Origin: an uncultured Mollicutes bacterium | GTDB taxonomy: Bacteria; Bacillota_I; Bacilli_A; RFN20; CAG-826 | Direction: 5' to 3' | DNA length: 64,000 bases | Assembly: GCA_900545015.1 (NCBI GenBank) | Contig: UQXJ01000001.1 | Span: 38,477 to 102,476, forward strand | Shown here: piece after piece, positions 39,173 to 48,580 of the stretch | Layout of the letters: every line of letters starts with the position of its first letter | Numbering within the stretch: position 1 is the first letter of the stretch | Notes under the pieces: generated by a model | Databases searched by the model: none | What the model was told of the DNA's origin: nothing | The model's input: only the letters and a program-made list of their open reading frames with translations | Position numbers and translations under genes: made by a program

Positions 39173-39466
39173 TTATTTAACAATTTCGTATACGCTGACA
39201 CGTTTTCTATTTTTGCCAACTCTTTCGTATTTAACGATGCCGTCTTTTAATGCAAAAATTGTATCATCTTTACCAAGTTTTGTATTGATACCTGGATAAA
39301 TCCTTGTACCACGTTGTCTATAAATAATTGCGCCTGCTTTACATACTTGTCCGTCGCTTCTTTTTGCACCAAGTCTACGACCAGCACTATCACGACCGTT
39401 CTTTGTACTACCAACACCTTTGTGGGATGCAAAGAATTGTAAATCAAGTTTAAATCTTAACATCAT
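39173..39466 (-). CDS. rpmA: 50S ribosomal protein L27 with N-terminal propeptide ([12 protein letters not shown]|ASHKG)
   Basis: Strong identity to L27; Prp cleavage motif; start set at ATG after AAAGGAA RBS rather than ORF-track upstream extension. Confidence 0.9.
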   Translation of the reverse strand: MMLRFKLDLQFFASHKGVGSTKNGRDSAGRRLGAKRSDGQVCKAGAIIYRQRGTRIYPGINTKLGKDDTIFALKDGIVKYERVGKNRKRVSVYEIVK

Positions 39467-39482
39467 ATTACTCGTTCCTTTC

Positions 39483-39785
39483 TTATTTTTTCGAAATAGA
39501 AACAAACTTTTTATAATTATCAGCAATCGTCATTAATTGTACTAACATAGTTTTTAAGATTATTAATGATTCAGCATCATTTTCATCTACTAAATCAACT
39601 TTAACATAGCCTTCTTTTATACAAGTTTTTATAGTTTTTTCATTTAGTGCATTTAATCCACCAAACATAATAGCACTAACAGCACTACAAACTATATCTT
39701 TACCCTTGTTATCATACAATGCATGACCACTGCATTCAATTTCGATAATTTTTTGTTCTTTTTCTAAATATTTTACTTCAATCAT
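39483..39785 (-). CDS. prp: Ribosomal-processing cysteine protease Prp (YsxB/DUF464)
   Basis: ECSGHA and DIVCSAVS His/Cys dyad motifs; located between rplU and rpmA. Confidence 0.8.
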   Translation of the reverse strand: MIEVKYLEKEQKIIEIECSGHALYDNKGKDIVCSAVSAIMFGGLNALNEKTIKTCIKEGYVKVDLVDENDAESLIILKTMLVQLMTIADNYKKFVSISKK

Positions 39786-40096
39786 TATTTTGCATTAATA
39801 CTTGTGATTGTTAAGCAAGTATATGGTTGTCTGTGACCAATGTTTTTATGGTAATTAGATTTTGCTTTATATTTGAAAACATGAATCTTTTTACCTAAAC
39901 CTTGTTTTTCAACCTTTGCGACAACGTTAGCACCCTTGATAAATGGATCGCCAGTTACAACACTCTTGTCACTGATTAAAAGTACATTTTCAAATGTGTA
40001 ATCTTTACCAGCTTCAACGTCAAGTTTTTCGACATAGATTTTTTGTCCAACTTCAACTTTGAGTTGTTTGCCGCCTGTTAAAATTATAGCGTACAT
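39785..40096 (-). CDS. rplU: 50S ribosomal protein L21
   Basis: [19 protein letters not shown]-terminus; 103 aa. Confidence 0.9.
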   Translation of the reverse strand: MYAIILTGGKQLKVEVGQKIYVEKLDVEAGKDYTFENVLLISDKSVVTGDPFIKGANVVAKVEKQGLGKKIHVFKYKAKSNYHKNIGHRQPYTCLTITSINAK

Positions 40097-40262
40097 CTTT
40101 TCCCTCCTATTTTTGAATTAATTACTCGCTCTTAAGGTATCTCGTAGAGATTTGAAGACCTTTTTAATGCGGTTGTAACAAAAAATAAGGTTACAACGTT
40201 CGTAATAATATCATAATGTTCTAGCAAAATCAAATGAAATTAGAAAGGTAGAATAATTTATA
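40097..40262 (-). promoter_or_regulatory. Candidate L21 leader (r-protein autoregulatory 5' UTR) with stem GTTGTAAC...GTTACAAC
   Basis: 166-nt untranslated region upstream of rplU containing a perfect 8-bp stem-loop; L21 leaders are known upstream of rplU in Firmicutes, but I cannot match the consensus from memory. Confidence 0.3.
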
Positions 40263-40466
40263 TTATTTCCACTGAAATTTATACCCTCCAGGCAGTTGAA
40301 CTGTACCATCTTCGGATGTAAATAATTTATAGACTACTACTGCCACAACAGCAATAACTAAAATTGCCATTACAGCCGTTAGCGTTACAGCTTCGCCGCA
40401 CTTAATGTTAGAAAGTTCCTCATTTGTTAACGGGATTCTATCATTCATAATAAATCCTCCTTTCAT
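40263..40466 (-). CDS. Small single-pass membrane peptide with double-glycine-like leader motif (LTNEELSNIKCG)
   Basis: 67-aa ORF with AAAGGAGGA RBS; N-terminal LxxEELSxIxCG then hydrophobic helix and KLF...YKFQWK tail. Confidence 0.45.
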   Translation of the reverse strand: MKGGFIMNDRIPLTNEELSNIKCGEAVTLTAVMAILVIAVVAVVVYKLFTSEDGTVQLPGGYKFQWK

Positions 40467-40557
40467 TAAGTACGACGTAATAAATTTTAAAAATTTTAAA
40501 AATACTTAAAAGATTTAAAAAAAGTTACATGAAATTAATCACATAACTTTTTAGCAA

Positions 40558-43158
40558 TTACATTTTTCCAAGTTTTTCTTCTAAATTACTTAATTGTTTT
40601 TTGTAATTTTCGTATTTTTCTTTCTCGACAGCAATTTTTTCTTTAGGCGCTTTGCTTAAGAATTTTTCGTTATTAAGCAACGCTTCAGATCTCTTTACTT
40701 CGGATTTTAAAGATTCTACTTCTTTTGTAATTTTCTTAATTAATTCTTCCTTATTAATGCTATCTTTAATAAATAAAGTCACATTTGGAAGAATAATACT
40801 TGTTGCATTTTTAATTTCTTCTGCTGTTACAACTAATGATTTAGCAAATGAGAATCTTCCTAAATACTTATAAAGTTCTTTCAAGTTAATGCTAGGTTTA
40901 ACAAACAAATCTAATTGAGCATTTGGTGCTAATGAATTTTGAACTTTATATTCACGTACTTTTTCAATTGCTTCTTTAATTGTGTCTACTTTTACAAGGC
41001 TCGTCTTAAATACTAATCGTTTATCAAATTCAGGATATGATTCAAGCATAATTGAATCTTTATGAACTGGGAATGATAAATAAATTTCTTCGCTTATGAA
41101 TGGTGAGAATGGATAAATCATCATTACAATAGCTTTTAAGACATAAAGCATTGTGAAATATGTTCCATCCTTATATGAATCTTCATCTTTTAATGTAACT
41201 TTACTCATTTCAATATAGAAAGAACAGAAATCATCATAAACAAAGTTGTATAAAATATTACTTGCAACACCATAATCATATGAGTCCATAGCTTTTGAAA
41301 CTTTTTTAACTACATTTTCAAGTTTAGTTAATATGTATTTATCAACTAAGCTAAGTTTCTTAATATTAATATCATTAAGTTCATAAGCTTTGAAATCTTC
41401 AGGAATATTCATAAGAATAAAACGAGCACTATTCCAAATTTTATTTAAATAATTGTTAGATGCCTTTACTTTTTCTTCAGAATATCTCATATCTTGACCT
41501 GGAGATGCTGTTGTAGCAAGGAAATATCTTAATGAGTCAACGCCATATTTATTAATGACATCAATTGGGTCAACACCATTGCCAAGTGATTTGCTCATTT
41601 TTCTTCCTTGAGAATCTCTAACTAAGCCATGAATAATAACATCCTTAAATGGCCTTTCATCAGTAAAGTGAAGTCCTTGGAATATCATTCTTGATACCCA
41701 GAAGAAGATAATATCGTATCCTGTAACCATACAATCAAGTGGATAATATCTCATTAAATCACTTGTTTTTTCAGGCCAACCAAGAGTTTCAAATGGCCAA
41801 AGAGCACTTGAGAACCATGTATCTAAAACATCCTCATCTTGCGTCCAATTTTCAATATCAGTAGGTTTTTGGGAGGAAACTAGTACATTATTAGTAGTTT
41901 TCGAGTAGTAAACTGGAATTCTATGTCCCCACCATAATTGTCTAGAAATGCACCAATCATCACATTTTGACATCCATTGAATTAAAACTTTTTCAAAACG
42001 CTTTGGATAGAAATTTACCTTTGTATCTTTATTCTTTTGATTTTGCAAAACACGTTCTGCTAATGGCTTCATCTTAATAAACCATTGCTTTGATAAGATA
42101 GGCTCTACAACTGCACCGCTTCTTTCGGAGTGTCCAACTTGGTGCATCATTTCTTCAATCTTAATTAAATTTCCATCTTTTTTAATGTTTTCAATTAGTA
42201 AATCTCTACACTCATATCTGTCCATTCCGGCATATTTTCCACACTTCTCATTCATCTTACCATCAGTATTCATAATGACTGGATGTGGGAAACCATACTT
42301 CTTACCAATAATGAAATCGTTAGGGTCATGAGCTGGTGTACATTTCATTGCACCTGTACCAAATTCAACATCTACATATTCATCAGCAATGACAGGGATT
42401 TCTTCATAGTTAGCTGGATTAATAACTTTTTTACCAACTACGTCTTTATATCTAGGATCTTTTGGGTTAACAACAATACATGTATCACCAAACATTGTTT
42501 CAGGTCTAGTAGTTGCGATTGTTAAGAATTTGCTCTTGTCATCTGCAAAAACATATTTAAAGTAATAAAAATATCCTTTATCTTCTTTATATATAACTTC
42601 GATATTGCTTAAAGCTGTTTTCATTACAGGATCATAATTAACAATTCTTTCGCCTTGGTAAATTAAACCTTCATTATATAGTCTAACAAACACTTCATTT
42701 ACAGCTTTTGAACAGCCTTCATCAAGAGTGAATCTTTCTCTTGTATAATCGACCATAATGCCCATTTTTGCCCATTGTTCATGAATAAAATGTGTATAGT
42801 CGTTTTTCCACTGGAAGCATTCCTTTAAAAAAGCTTCTCTTCCGATTTCGAATCTGTTTGTTCCTTCTTTATTAAGTTTAGCATCAACTTTCGCTTGTGT
42901 TGCAATACCAGCGTGATCAACGCCAGGCAAATAAAGAACATCAAAACCTTTAGCTTTTTTATATCTACAAGTAATATCTTGAATGGTATTATCTATAGAA
43001 TGTCCGATATGTAATTTTCCTGTTACGTTTGGAGGAGGAATTACCATTGAGAACTTTTGTTTAGAAGTATCTCCTGCAGTAAAGTATCCTGCTTGTTTCC
43101 AAACATCATATCTTCCTTCTTCAACTGCTTTAAAATCATATTTTTTATCTAATGCCAT
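40558..43158 (-). CDS. valS: Valine--tRNA ligase
   Basis: PPPNVTGKLHIGH (HIGH), KMSKSLGN, C-terminal coiled coil, 866 aa. Confidence 0.95.
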   Translation of the reverse strand: MALDKKYDFKAVEEGRYDVWKQAGYFTAGDTSKQKFSMVIPPPNVTGKLHIGHSIDNTIQDITCRYKKAKGFDVLYLPGVDHAGIATQAKVDAKLNKEGTNRFEIGREAFLKECFQWKNDYTHFIHEQWAKMGIMVDYTRERFTLDEGCSKAVNEVFVRLYNEGLIYQGERIVNYDPVMKTALSNIEVIYKEDKGYFYYFKYVFADDKSKFLTIATTRPETMFGDTCIVVNPKDPRYKDVVGKKVINPANYEEIPVIADEYVDVEFGTGAMKCTPAHDPNDFIIGKKYGFPHPVIMNTDGKMNEKCGKYAGMDRYECRDLLIENIKKDGNLIKIEEMMHQVGHSERSGAVVEPILSKQWFIKMKPLAERVLQNQKNKDTKVNFYPKRFEKVLIQWMSKCDDWCISRQLWWGHRIPVYYSKTTNNVLVSSQKPTDIENWTQDEDVLDTWFSSALWPFETLGWPEKTSDLMRYYPLDCMVTGYDIIFFWVSRMIFQGLHFTDERPFKDVIIHGLVRDSQGRKMSKSLGNGVDPIDVINKYGVDSLRYFLATTASPGQDMRYSEEKVKASNNYLNKIWNSARFILMNIPEDFKAYELNDINIKKLSLVDKYILTKLENVVKKVSKAMDSYDYGVASNILYNFVYDDFCSFYIEMSKVTLKDEDSYKDGTYFTMLYVLKAIVMMIYPFSPFISEEIYLSFPVHKDSIMLESYPEFDKRLVFKTSLVKVDTIKEAIEKVREYKVQNSLAPNAQLDLFVKPSINLKELYKYLGRFSFAKSLVVTAEEIKNATSIILPNVTLFIKDSINKEELIKKITKEVESLKSEVKRSEALLNNEKFLSKAPKEKIAVEKEKYENYKKQLSNLEEKLGKM

Positions 43159-43160
43159 AT

Positions 43161-43757
43161 TTAATCTCCAATCGCATTTAAAATAATATTTTTCAAATCC
43201 ATAATACTCTTCTTATCATTGATAGAAACAAGCATCGGTTTAAATTTCGCTGTGTCATATTGCAAAGTTTGTTCTAAATTTTTATTAATCTTTGCTTTCA
43301 TTGACATATTTAATTTATCACATTTAGTCATACAAATAATAAATCTATAATTATATGAAAGTAAAAATTTATAAAAATCTATATCATCGTTTGTAGGTAA
43401 ATGCTTTGAATCAAGTAAAAATACAATTAATTTTAATTTTTCATTGTTATTAAAATAACTTTCGACCATATTTCCGTAAAATTCATAGTCAACATCTTTT
43501 TTAGATGAAAAGCCATATCCAGGACAGTCTACAAGATAAAATTTATCTTCAACTGAGAAATAATTAAGTAAACGTGTCATTCCAGGTTTAGAACTTGTAT
43601 AGGCAAGTTTCTTATTATTAGTTAAAGCATTAATTAAACTAGATTTTCCAACATTCGATTTACCGACAAAAAGAACCTCCTTTGAATAATCAAAGGGGGC
43701 TTCTTTTACATCAGTTATACTTTTAATGAATTTTGCCTTTTTAAAATAATATTCCAT
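43161..43757 (-). CDS. engB: Ribosome biogenesis GTPase EngB/YsxC
   Basis: GKSNVGKSSLINALT G1, DCPGYG G3, TKCDK G4; start chosen at MEYYFKK (ORF track extends to 43787 overlapping lon). Confidence 0.8.
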   Translation of the reverse strand: MEYYFKKAKFIKSITDVKEAPFDYSKEVLFVGKSNVGKSSLINALTNNKKLAYTSSKPGMTRLLNYFSVEDKFYLVDCPGYGFSSKKDVDYEFYGNMVESYFNNNEKLKLIVFLLDSKHLPTNDDIDFYKFLLSYNYRFIICMTKCDKLNMSMKAKINKNLEQTLQYDTAKFKPMLVSINDKKSIMDLKNIILNAIGD

Positions 43758-43758
43758 A

Positions 43759-46095
43759 CTATTTAAAAAGTACTCCATATGCATCATCTACATTGTTCAT
43801 GTAAATAATATTTAATTTATTCTTAACTTCTTTAGGAAGTTCACTAACATTTCTCTTATTTCCAGCAGGAATAATGATAGTTTTAATGCCACTTCTCATT
43901 GCTGCAAGAGATTTTTCTCTTAAACCACCAATAGGAAGTGCATTTCCTCTTAAAGTAACTTCTCCAGTCATAGCAATATCGCCAGTTACTGGTTTCTTAG
44001 TTAAAGCAGAAATGATTGCACACGTTATTGCAACACCAGCTGATGGTCCATCTTTAGGGACTGCTCCTTCTGGTACGTGAATATGAATATCATTTTCATC
44101 AAATATCTTTGAAGGAATGCCATATTTATCAGCATTTGCTTTAACATAGTCTAAAGCGATTGTGCAACTTTCTTTCATAACATCGCCAAGTTTGCCAGTT
44201 AACACTAAATTTCCTTTTCCGTGGAAATAATTAACTTCAATTGGAAGAATATCTCCGCCAAAATCAGTATACGCAAGACCAGTTACAACACCGATTTGAC
44301 TGCCTTTTTCTTTAGAAGTTGAGTCATAAGTTTCTACACCAAGGTATTTTGCAACCTCTTTAGCAGTAACTTTTACTCCTTTAAGATTTAAATTTCCTTT
44401 TTTAACTTCTTCGACAATGATTTTTCTAATAACACTAGCGATATTTCTTTCAAGGTCTCTAACACCAGCTTCTCTAGTGTATCTATCAATAATGTAATAA
44501 ATTGCTTTATCGTCAAACGAAATTGCATCATCTTCTAGGCCATTTGCCTTTAATTCTTTTTTAATTAAAAAATCTTTAGCAATATATAATTTATCTATTG
44601 ATGTATAGCTTGGTACGTGGATAAGTTCTAATCTATCAAGTAATGGTGAAGGTATATTTTCAATATTATTTGCTGTGCAAACAAATAAAACATTACTTAA
44701 GTCATAGCTTAATTCAAGATAATTATCGTTAAATTCTTTATTTTGCTCAGGATCAAGTACTTCAAGTAAAGCACTTGCAGGATCTCCTTTAAATGAATCA
44801 TGTGATAATTTATCTATTTCATCAAGTAAAAACACAGGATTGTTAACTTTTACTTTTCTTAAAGAGTTGATAATTCTTCCTGGCCTGCTTCCGACATATG
44901 TTCTTCTATGTCCTCTAATTTCAGCCTCATCACTTACGCCACCTAATGAACATTTAATAAATTTTCTATCAAGTGCACGTGCGATTGAACGCGATAAACT
45001 TGTTTTACCACATCCTGGTGGACCATAAAAACATAAAATTGGTGCTTTAAGATTACCCTTAACCGATTTTACGCAAAGATATTCGATAATTCTTTCTTTA
45101 ACCTTTTGTAAGCCATAATGGTCTTCATTTAAGACATCTTGAGCATGATTTATATCGCTATTATCTTTAGTTTGTTCAAACCATGGAACGCTAAGGACTA
45201 TATCAATATAATCAGAAATTAAGCTAGCTTCAAGTGAACCTTGAGGCATAATTTCTTGTCTCTTTAATTCGTCTTTAATTTTAGTTTTTACTTCTTCAGG
45301 ATAATTATTTTTTTCTAATTTTTCTTGAATAGTTAAAGAATCATCAGTCTTATCTTCACCAAGTTCTTTTTTAATAGCCTTGATTTTTTCTCTAAGATAA
45401 TAATCTTTTTGTTGTTTTTCAGCAGAATCTTGAATAGTTTTAGCGATTTTGTCATCAACTTTTTGGAACTCAACTAGCTTATTAAGCAATGTTAAAATTT
45501 CCATTAAACGAGTATTGACATCATCAATTTCCAAAATTCTTTGCTTTTCAATATAGGTGACATTCATTTTTGCAGATAAAGAATAACTTAATCTTACTGC
45601 ATTTATGCCTTCTCCTAATTCTTCAATTAAAGATTTAGCATTTCCACTAAAAAAAGTATCAAGACGTCCTTTTTCTATTACCTTTATAATATTAGTAATA
45701 ATTGCAAGTTCTTCTTGATTGTCACCAAAAACATCTTCTCTTAAAACTGCAGAACCAATAAATGAATTAGAGATATTTTTGATCTCATCGACAAATACTC
45801 TTTTTTCACCATGTACACTTATTCTAAGTTTGTTACTGTTTATTTTTTCTACTTTGTTTATACGGCAAAGTGTTCCTATATTATAAATATCATTAATATC
45901 TACAATATTTTCCTTTTGCACATCTCTTTGAGAAATAATAATGCAGTATGATTCATATTTTAATTGTGAATCAAATACTGCATTAACAGAGAATTCCCTT
46001 TCGCAATTTATAGTTAAATCTTGAAAAGGGAATTCAACAAATCCTCGAGAGATAATAACAGGTAATTCAAATTTTTCGTTTAATTTAAATTCCAT
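43759..46095 (-). CDS. lon: ATP-dependent Lon protease
   Basis: N domain, AAA+ GPPGCGKTS, protease PKDGPSAG Ser site; 778 aa. Confidence 0.95.
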   Translation of the reverse strand: MEFKLNEKFELPVIISRGFVEFPFQDLTINCEREFSVNAVFDSQLKYESYCIIISQRDVQKENIVDINDIYNIGTLCRINKVEKINSNKLRISVHGEKRVFVDEIKNISNSFIGSAVLREDVFGDNQEELAIITNIIKVIEKGRLDTFFSGNAKSLIEELGEGINAVRLSYSLSAKMNVTYIEKQRILEIDDVNTRLMEILTLLNKLVEFQKVDDKIAKTIQDSAEKQQKDYYLREKIKAIKKELGEDKTDDSLTIQEKLEKNNYPEEVKTKIKDELKRQEIMPQGSLEASLISDYIDIVLSVPWFEQTKDNSDINHAQDVLNEDHYGLQKVKERIIEYLCVKSVKGNLKAPILCFYGPPGCGKTSLSRSIARALDRKFIKCSLGGVSDEAEIRGHRRTYVGSRPGRIINSLRKVKVNNPVFLLDEIDKLSHDSFKGDPASALLEVLDPEQNKEFNDNYLELSYDLSNVLFVCTANNIENIPSPLLDRLELIHVPSYTSIDKLYIAKDFLIKKELKANGLEDDAISFDDKAIYYIIDRYTREAGVRDLERNIASVIRKIIVEEVKKGNLNLKGVKVTAKEVAKYLGVETYDSTSKEKGSQIGVVTGLAYTDFGGDILPIEVNYFHGKGNLVLTGKLGDVMKESCTIALDYVKANADKYGIPSKIFDENDIHIHVPEGAVPKDGPSAGVAITCAIISALTKKPVTGDIAMTGEVTLRGNALPIGGLREKSLAAMRSGIKTIIIPAGNKRNVSELPKEVKNKLNIIYMNNVDDAYGVLFK

Positions 46096-46124
46096 TAATT
46101 AAATTACCTCCTTATTTTTAAAAT

Positions 46125-47531
46125 TTATTTAGCTTCTTCAGTTGTTTCAGCTTTTGCTTTCTTTGTTGTCTTTTTTGCTGCTGGTTTTTTTGCAGGTTTC
46201 TTTTCTTCTGCTTTTTCTTCAGCAACTGATTCAGCTTTTACTTCTTCATCACTATTTTCTAAGTTATTAGCGATTAAGAATCTCGAAATCTTGTTATTTA
46301 ATAAGTTGCTAGCAATTCTGTTTGTATCGTTTCCGAGTGTCTTTTTGACATCTTCAACTTTCATTCCATAAGTATTAGCAATTTGTTCAAAATAATCTTC
46401 GATTTCTTTATTTGTGATGATTAAGTTTTCAACTTGAGCAATCTTATTTAAGACTAAATATTCTTCTAATCTAATTTTTGCATCTTTTCTGAAGTTTTCA
46501 TTTAACTTTTCATCATCCATGCCTGTAATTTCTTTGTATTGTTCGAAAGTTAAACCTTGTCCTTGGATTTTGCCGATTGTTTCTTCTCTCATTGCAGCAA
46601 CTTCGTTATCAAGAACTTTTTCACCGATTTCAACTTTAGCGTTCTTAATAATAGCTTCGATTAATTCGCTGAATTGTTTTTGCTTTGCTTGATTTAATAA
46701 TCTAGTTTCAACTTCTTTCTTTTCGTATTTTTCAAGTTCAGCAACAGTGTTAACATTTTCAATCTTTAATTCTTTTACGAATTCATCTGTTAATTCTGGT
46801 TTCTTCTTTGTTTTGATTTCGTGAATCATGCAAACAAATTTAGCATCTTTACCAGCTAAATCTTTAACATATTGTTCTGGGAATTTAACGAGAACATCTT
46901 TTTTAGTTTCGCTTGTAACACCAACTAATTGATCTTCAAAACCTGGGATGAATTGATTTGAGCCAAGAACTAATGAATAGTTGTCTGCACTTCCACCATC
47001 AAATTCTTTTCCATCAATGTATCCTTTGAAATCAAATACAACTGTATCGCCTTTTTCAGCAGCACCTTCTTTTAAAACAAGTTCAGCATTGTCTTCAAGT
47101 AAGTGATCGATTTCTAAGTTGACATCTTTTTTAGAAACTTTAACTGGATCTAAAGCAATTTTAATGTTCTTATATTCACCTAAAGTAACTTCAGGTACAA
47201 CTGTAACAACAAATGTAACATCATATCCATTGTCATCAACATTAGTAACGTTAACTTCTGGTGATGTGAATGGTTGTAATTTGTTTTCTGTTAAAGCATC
47301 AACATATGCTTTTTGTAATGAACCATTGATCGCTTCGTTGATTAAATCTGCAGGATTAATTCTATCTTTTGCGAGTTCAACAGGAGCTTTTCCTTTTCTG
47401 AAACCTTTGATTTCTACTTTTTCACATAATTTCTTTAAAGCTTTGTCTTGTGCTTCTTTCCAAGCTTCGCCTTCAACACGTGTGCTGACTTCGAATACTG
47501 AGTTTCCTTTTTCTACTAATTTTGTAGCCAT
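46125..47531 (-). CDS. tig: Trigger factor with Lys/Ala-rich C-terminal tail
   Basis: Ribosome-binding GFRKGKAP motif, PPIase domain, 468 aa; synteny tig-lon-engB. Confidence 0.9.
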   Translation of the reverse strand: MATKLVEKGNSVFEVSTRVEGEAWKEAQDKALKKLCEKVEIKGFRKGKAPVELAKDRINPADLINEAINGSLQKAYVDALTENKLQPFTSPEVNVTNVDDNGYDVTFVVTVVPEVTLGEYKNIKIALDPVKVSKKDVNLEIDHLLEDNAELVLKEGAAEKGDTVVFDFKGYIDGKEFDGGSADNYSLVLGSNQFIPGFEDQLVGVTSETKKDVLVKFPEQYVKDLAGKDAKFVCMIHEIKTKKKPELTDEFVKELKIENVNTVAELEKYEKKEVETRLLNQAKQKQFSELIEAIIKNAKVEIGEKVLDNEVAAMREETIGKIQGQGLTFEQYKEITGMDDEKLNENFRKDAKIRLEEYLVLNKIAQVENLIITNKEIEDYFEQIANTYGMKVEDVKKTLGNDTNRIASNLLNNKISRFLIANNLENSDEEVKAESVAEEKAEEKKPAKKPAAKKTTKKAKAETTEEAK

Positions 47532-47563
47532 AAATTATATACCTCCAAATGCATACGAAAAAA

Positions 47564-47585
47564 ATTATACATTAAAATGTATAAT
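47564..47585. promoter_or_regulatory. Perfect 9-4-9 palindrome ATTATACAT-TAAA-ATGTATAAT in tig promoter region
   Basis: Seen directly, about 35-55 nt upstream of tig start. Confidence 0.3.
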
Positions 47586-47611
47586 CTAGTAAAGCAAAAT
47601 ACACAAAAAGG

Positions 47612-48580
47612 TTAACTCAAAGTTTGGTTATATTGAATTAATGCACTTTCTATATTTTTCTCGTATTTTTCAATGTCACTTTTATCACAATTAAGTGTAA
47701 TAAATAACGAATCAGCGTTAGTTTTAGCACACATATTTTTTGATGCAATTTTAAAGCAGGCAACAAAATAAGCATTCATTTTTAATTGTGTATCTAAAAA
47801 ATCAGGAATGACATATGGTATACACATTGTTGCATATCTTATAGTGAGTTCAATTAAAGTTATATCTGAATTACATTCATTAATTATTCGTAAATTTTCC
47901 TTAAATTGAGATAGTTGATTTATATATTTTTGATAAAATTTCGATGGATTTAAAGCGAAAAAATATTCTCCATTTTTTCTAAAATTTAAAGAAGCTTTAT
48001 AGTTGCAAATAATTAGTTCTTCTAAAAATATTCCATACTTTAAATCAAATTCGTTTTGCTCTTTTAAATAGCCATTAATTTTAGGTAAAATTTGATATGT
48101 TTTTTGAGTATCATTTTTATTAATTTCTAATAATGATTCATATATAAAATTGCAATCAGTAGAATTTATAATTTCATCGATATCTATCGTATTTTTTGCG
48201 ATTATATCAGTTTCATTTCTTTTCTTATTTTCAATCATTTCGAAGATGGAATTTGGAAGCTTTGAAATAAATTCTTCTGTTTCTAAATTAACATAAGGAA
48301 AGTCGTAAAATCTTGTGCATGATTCTAAGATTTTATTATATGGAAAATTTAATGAAACAAGTATCTCAATATATAGTTTCATACTGCTTAAAAGATCATT
48401 AGTTTCAATGTCAAATCTCTTATCATCATACTCTTTTAATGCATCCTCATTTTGTCCTAAAGCTATGAAGCTTCTTATACGTAAAAAATAAGCATTAAAA
48501 TCTTCTACTTCCTTTGATTCTTCAATGACTTTTTCAAATTGTCTCATTTTAAATAATTGTAATAATTCTTTAAAATCCAT
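47612..48580 (-). CDS. Hypothetical protein (helical, TPR-like N-terminus), overlaps uvrC 3' end by 11 nt
   Basis: 322-aa ORF translationally coupled to uvrC; no recognisable catalytic motifs. Confidence 0.45.
   Translation of the reverse strand: MDFKELLQLFKMRQFEKVIEESKEVEDFNAYFLRIRSFIALGQNEDALKEYDDKRFDIETNDLLSSMKLYIEILVSLNFPYNKILESCTRFYDFPYVNLETEEFISKLPNSIFEMIENKKRNETDIIAKNTIDIDEIINSTDCNFIYESLLEINKNDTQKTYQILPKINGYLKEQNEFDLKYGIFLEELIICNYKASLNFRKNGEYFFALNPSKFYQKYINQLSQFKENLRIINECNSDITLIELTIRYATMCIPYVIPDFLDTQLKMNAYFVACFKIASKNMCAKTNADSLFITLNCDKSDIEKYEKNIESALIQYNQTLS

Noticed and set aside
39247-39526. ORF 39247-39447(-) and the long N-terminal extension of the L27 ORF to 39526
   Set aside because: Alternative frame inside rpmA; the extension [20 protein letters not shown] precedes the RBS and the conserved MLRF propeptide start, so the start was moved to 39466
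40097-40262. Hairpin GTTGTAAC...GTTACAAC as a transcription terminator
   Set aside because: Not followed by a U-run on either strand; more consistent with a structured r-protein leader than a terminator
40436-40445. Apparent 1-nt discrepancy when hand-translating the small peptide gene against the ORF track
   Set aside because: Most likely my own reading error. Flanking coordinates (40263 and 40558) check out exactly, so I trusted the ORF-track translation and coordinates
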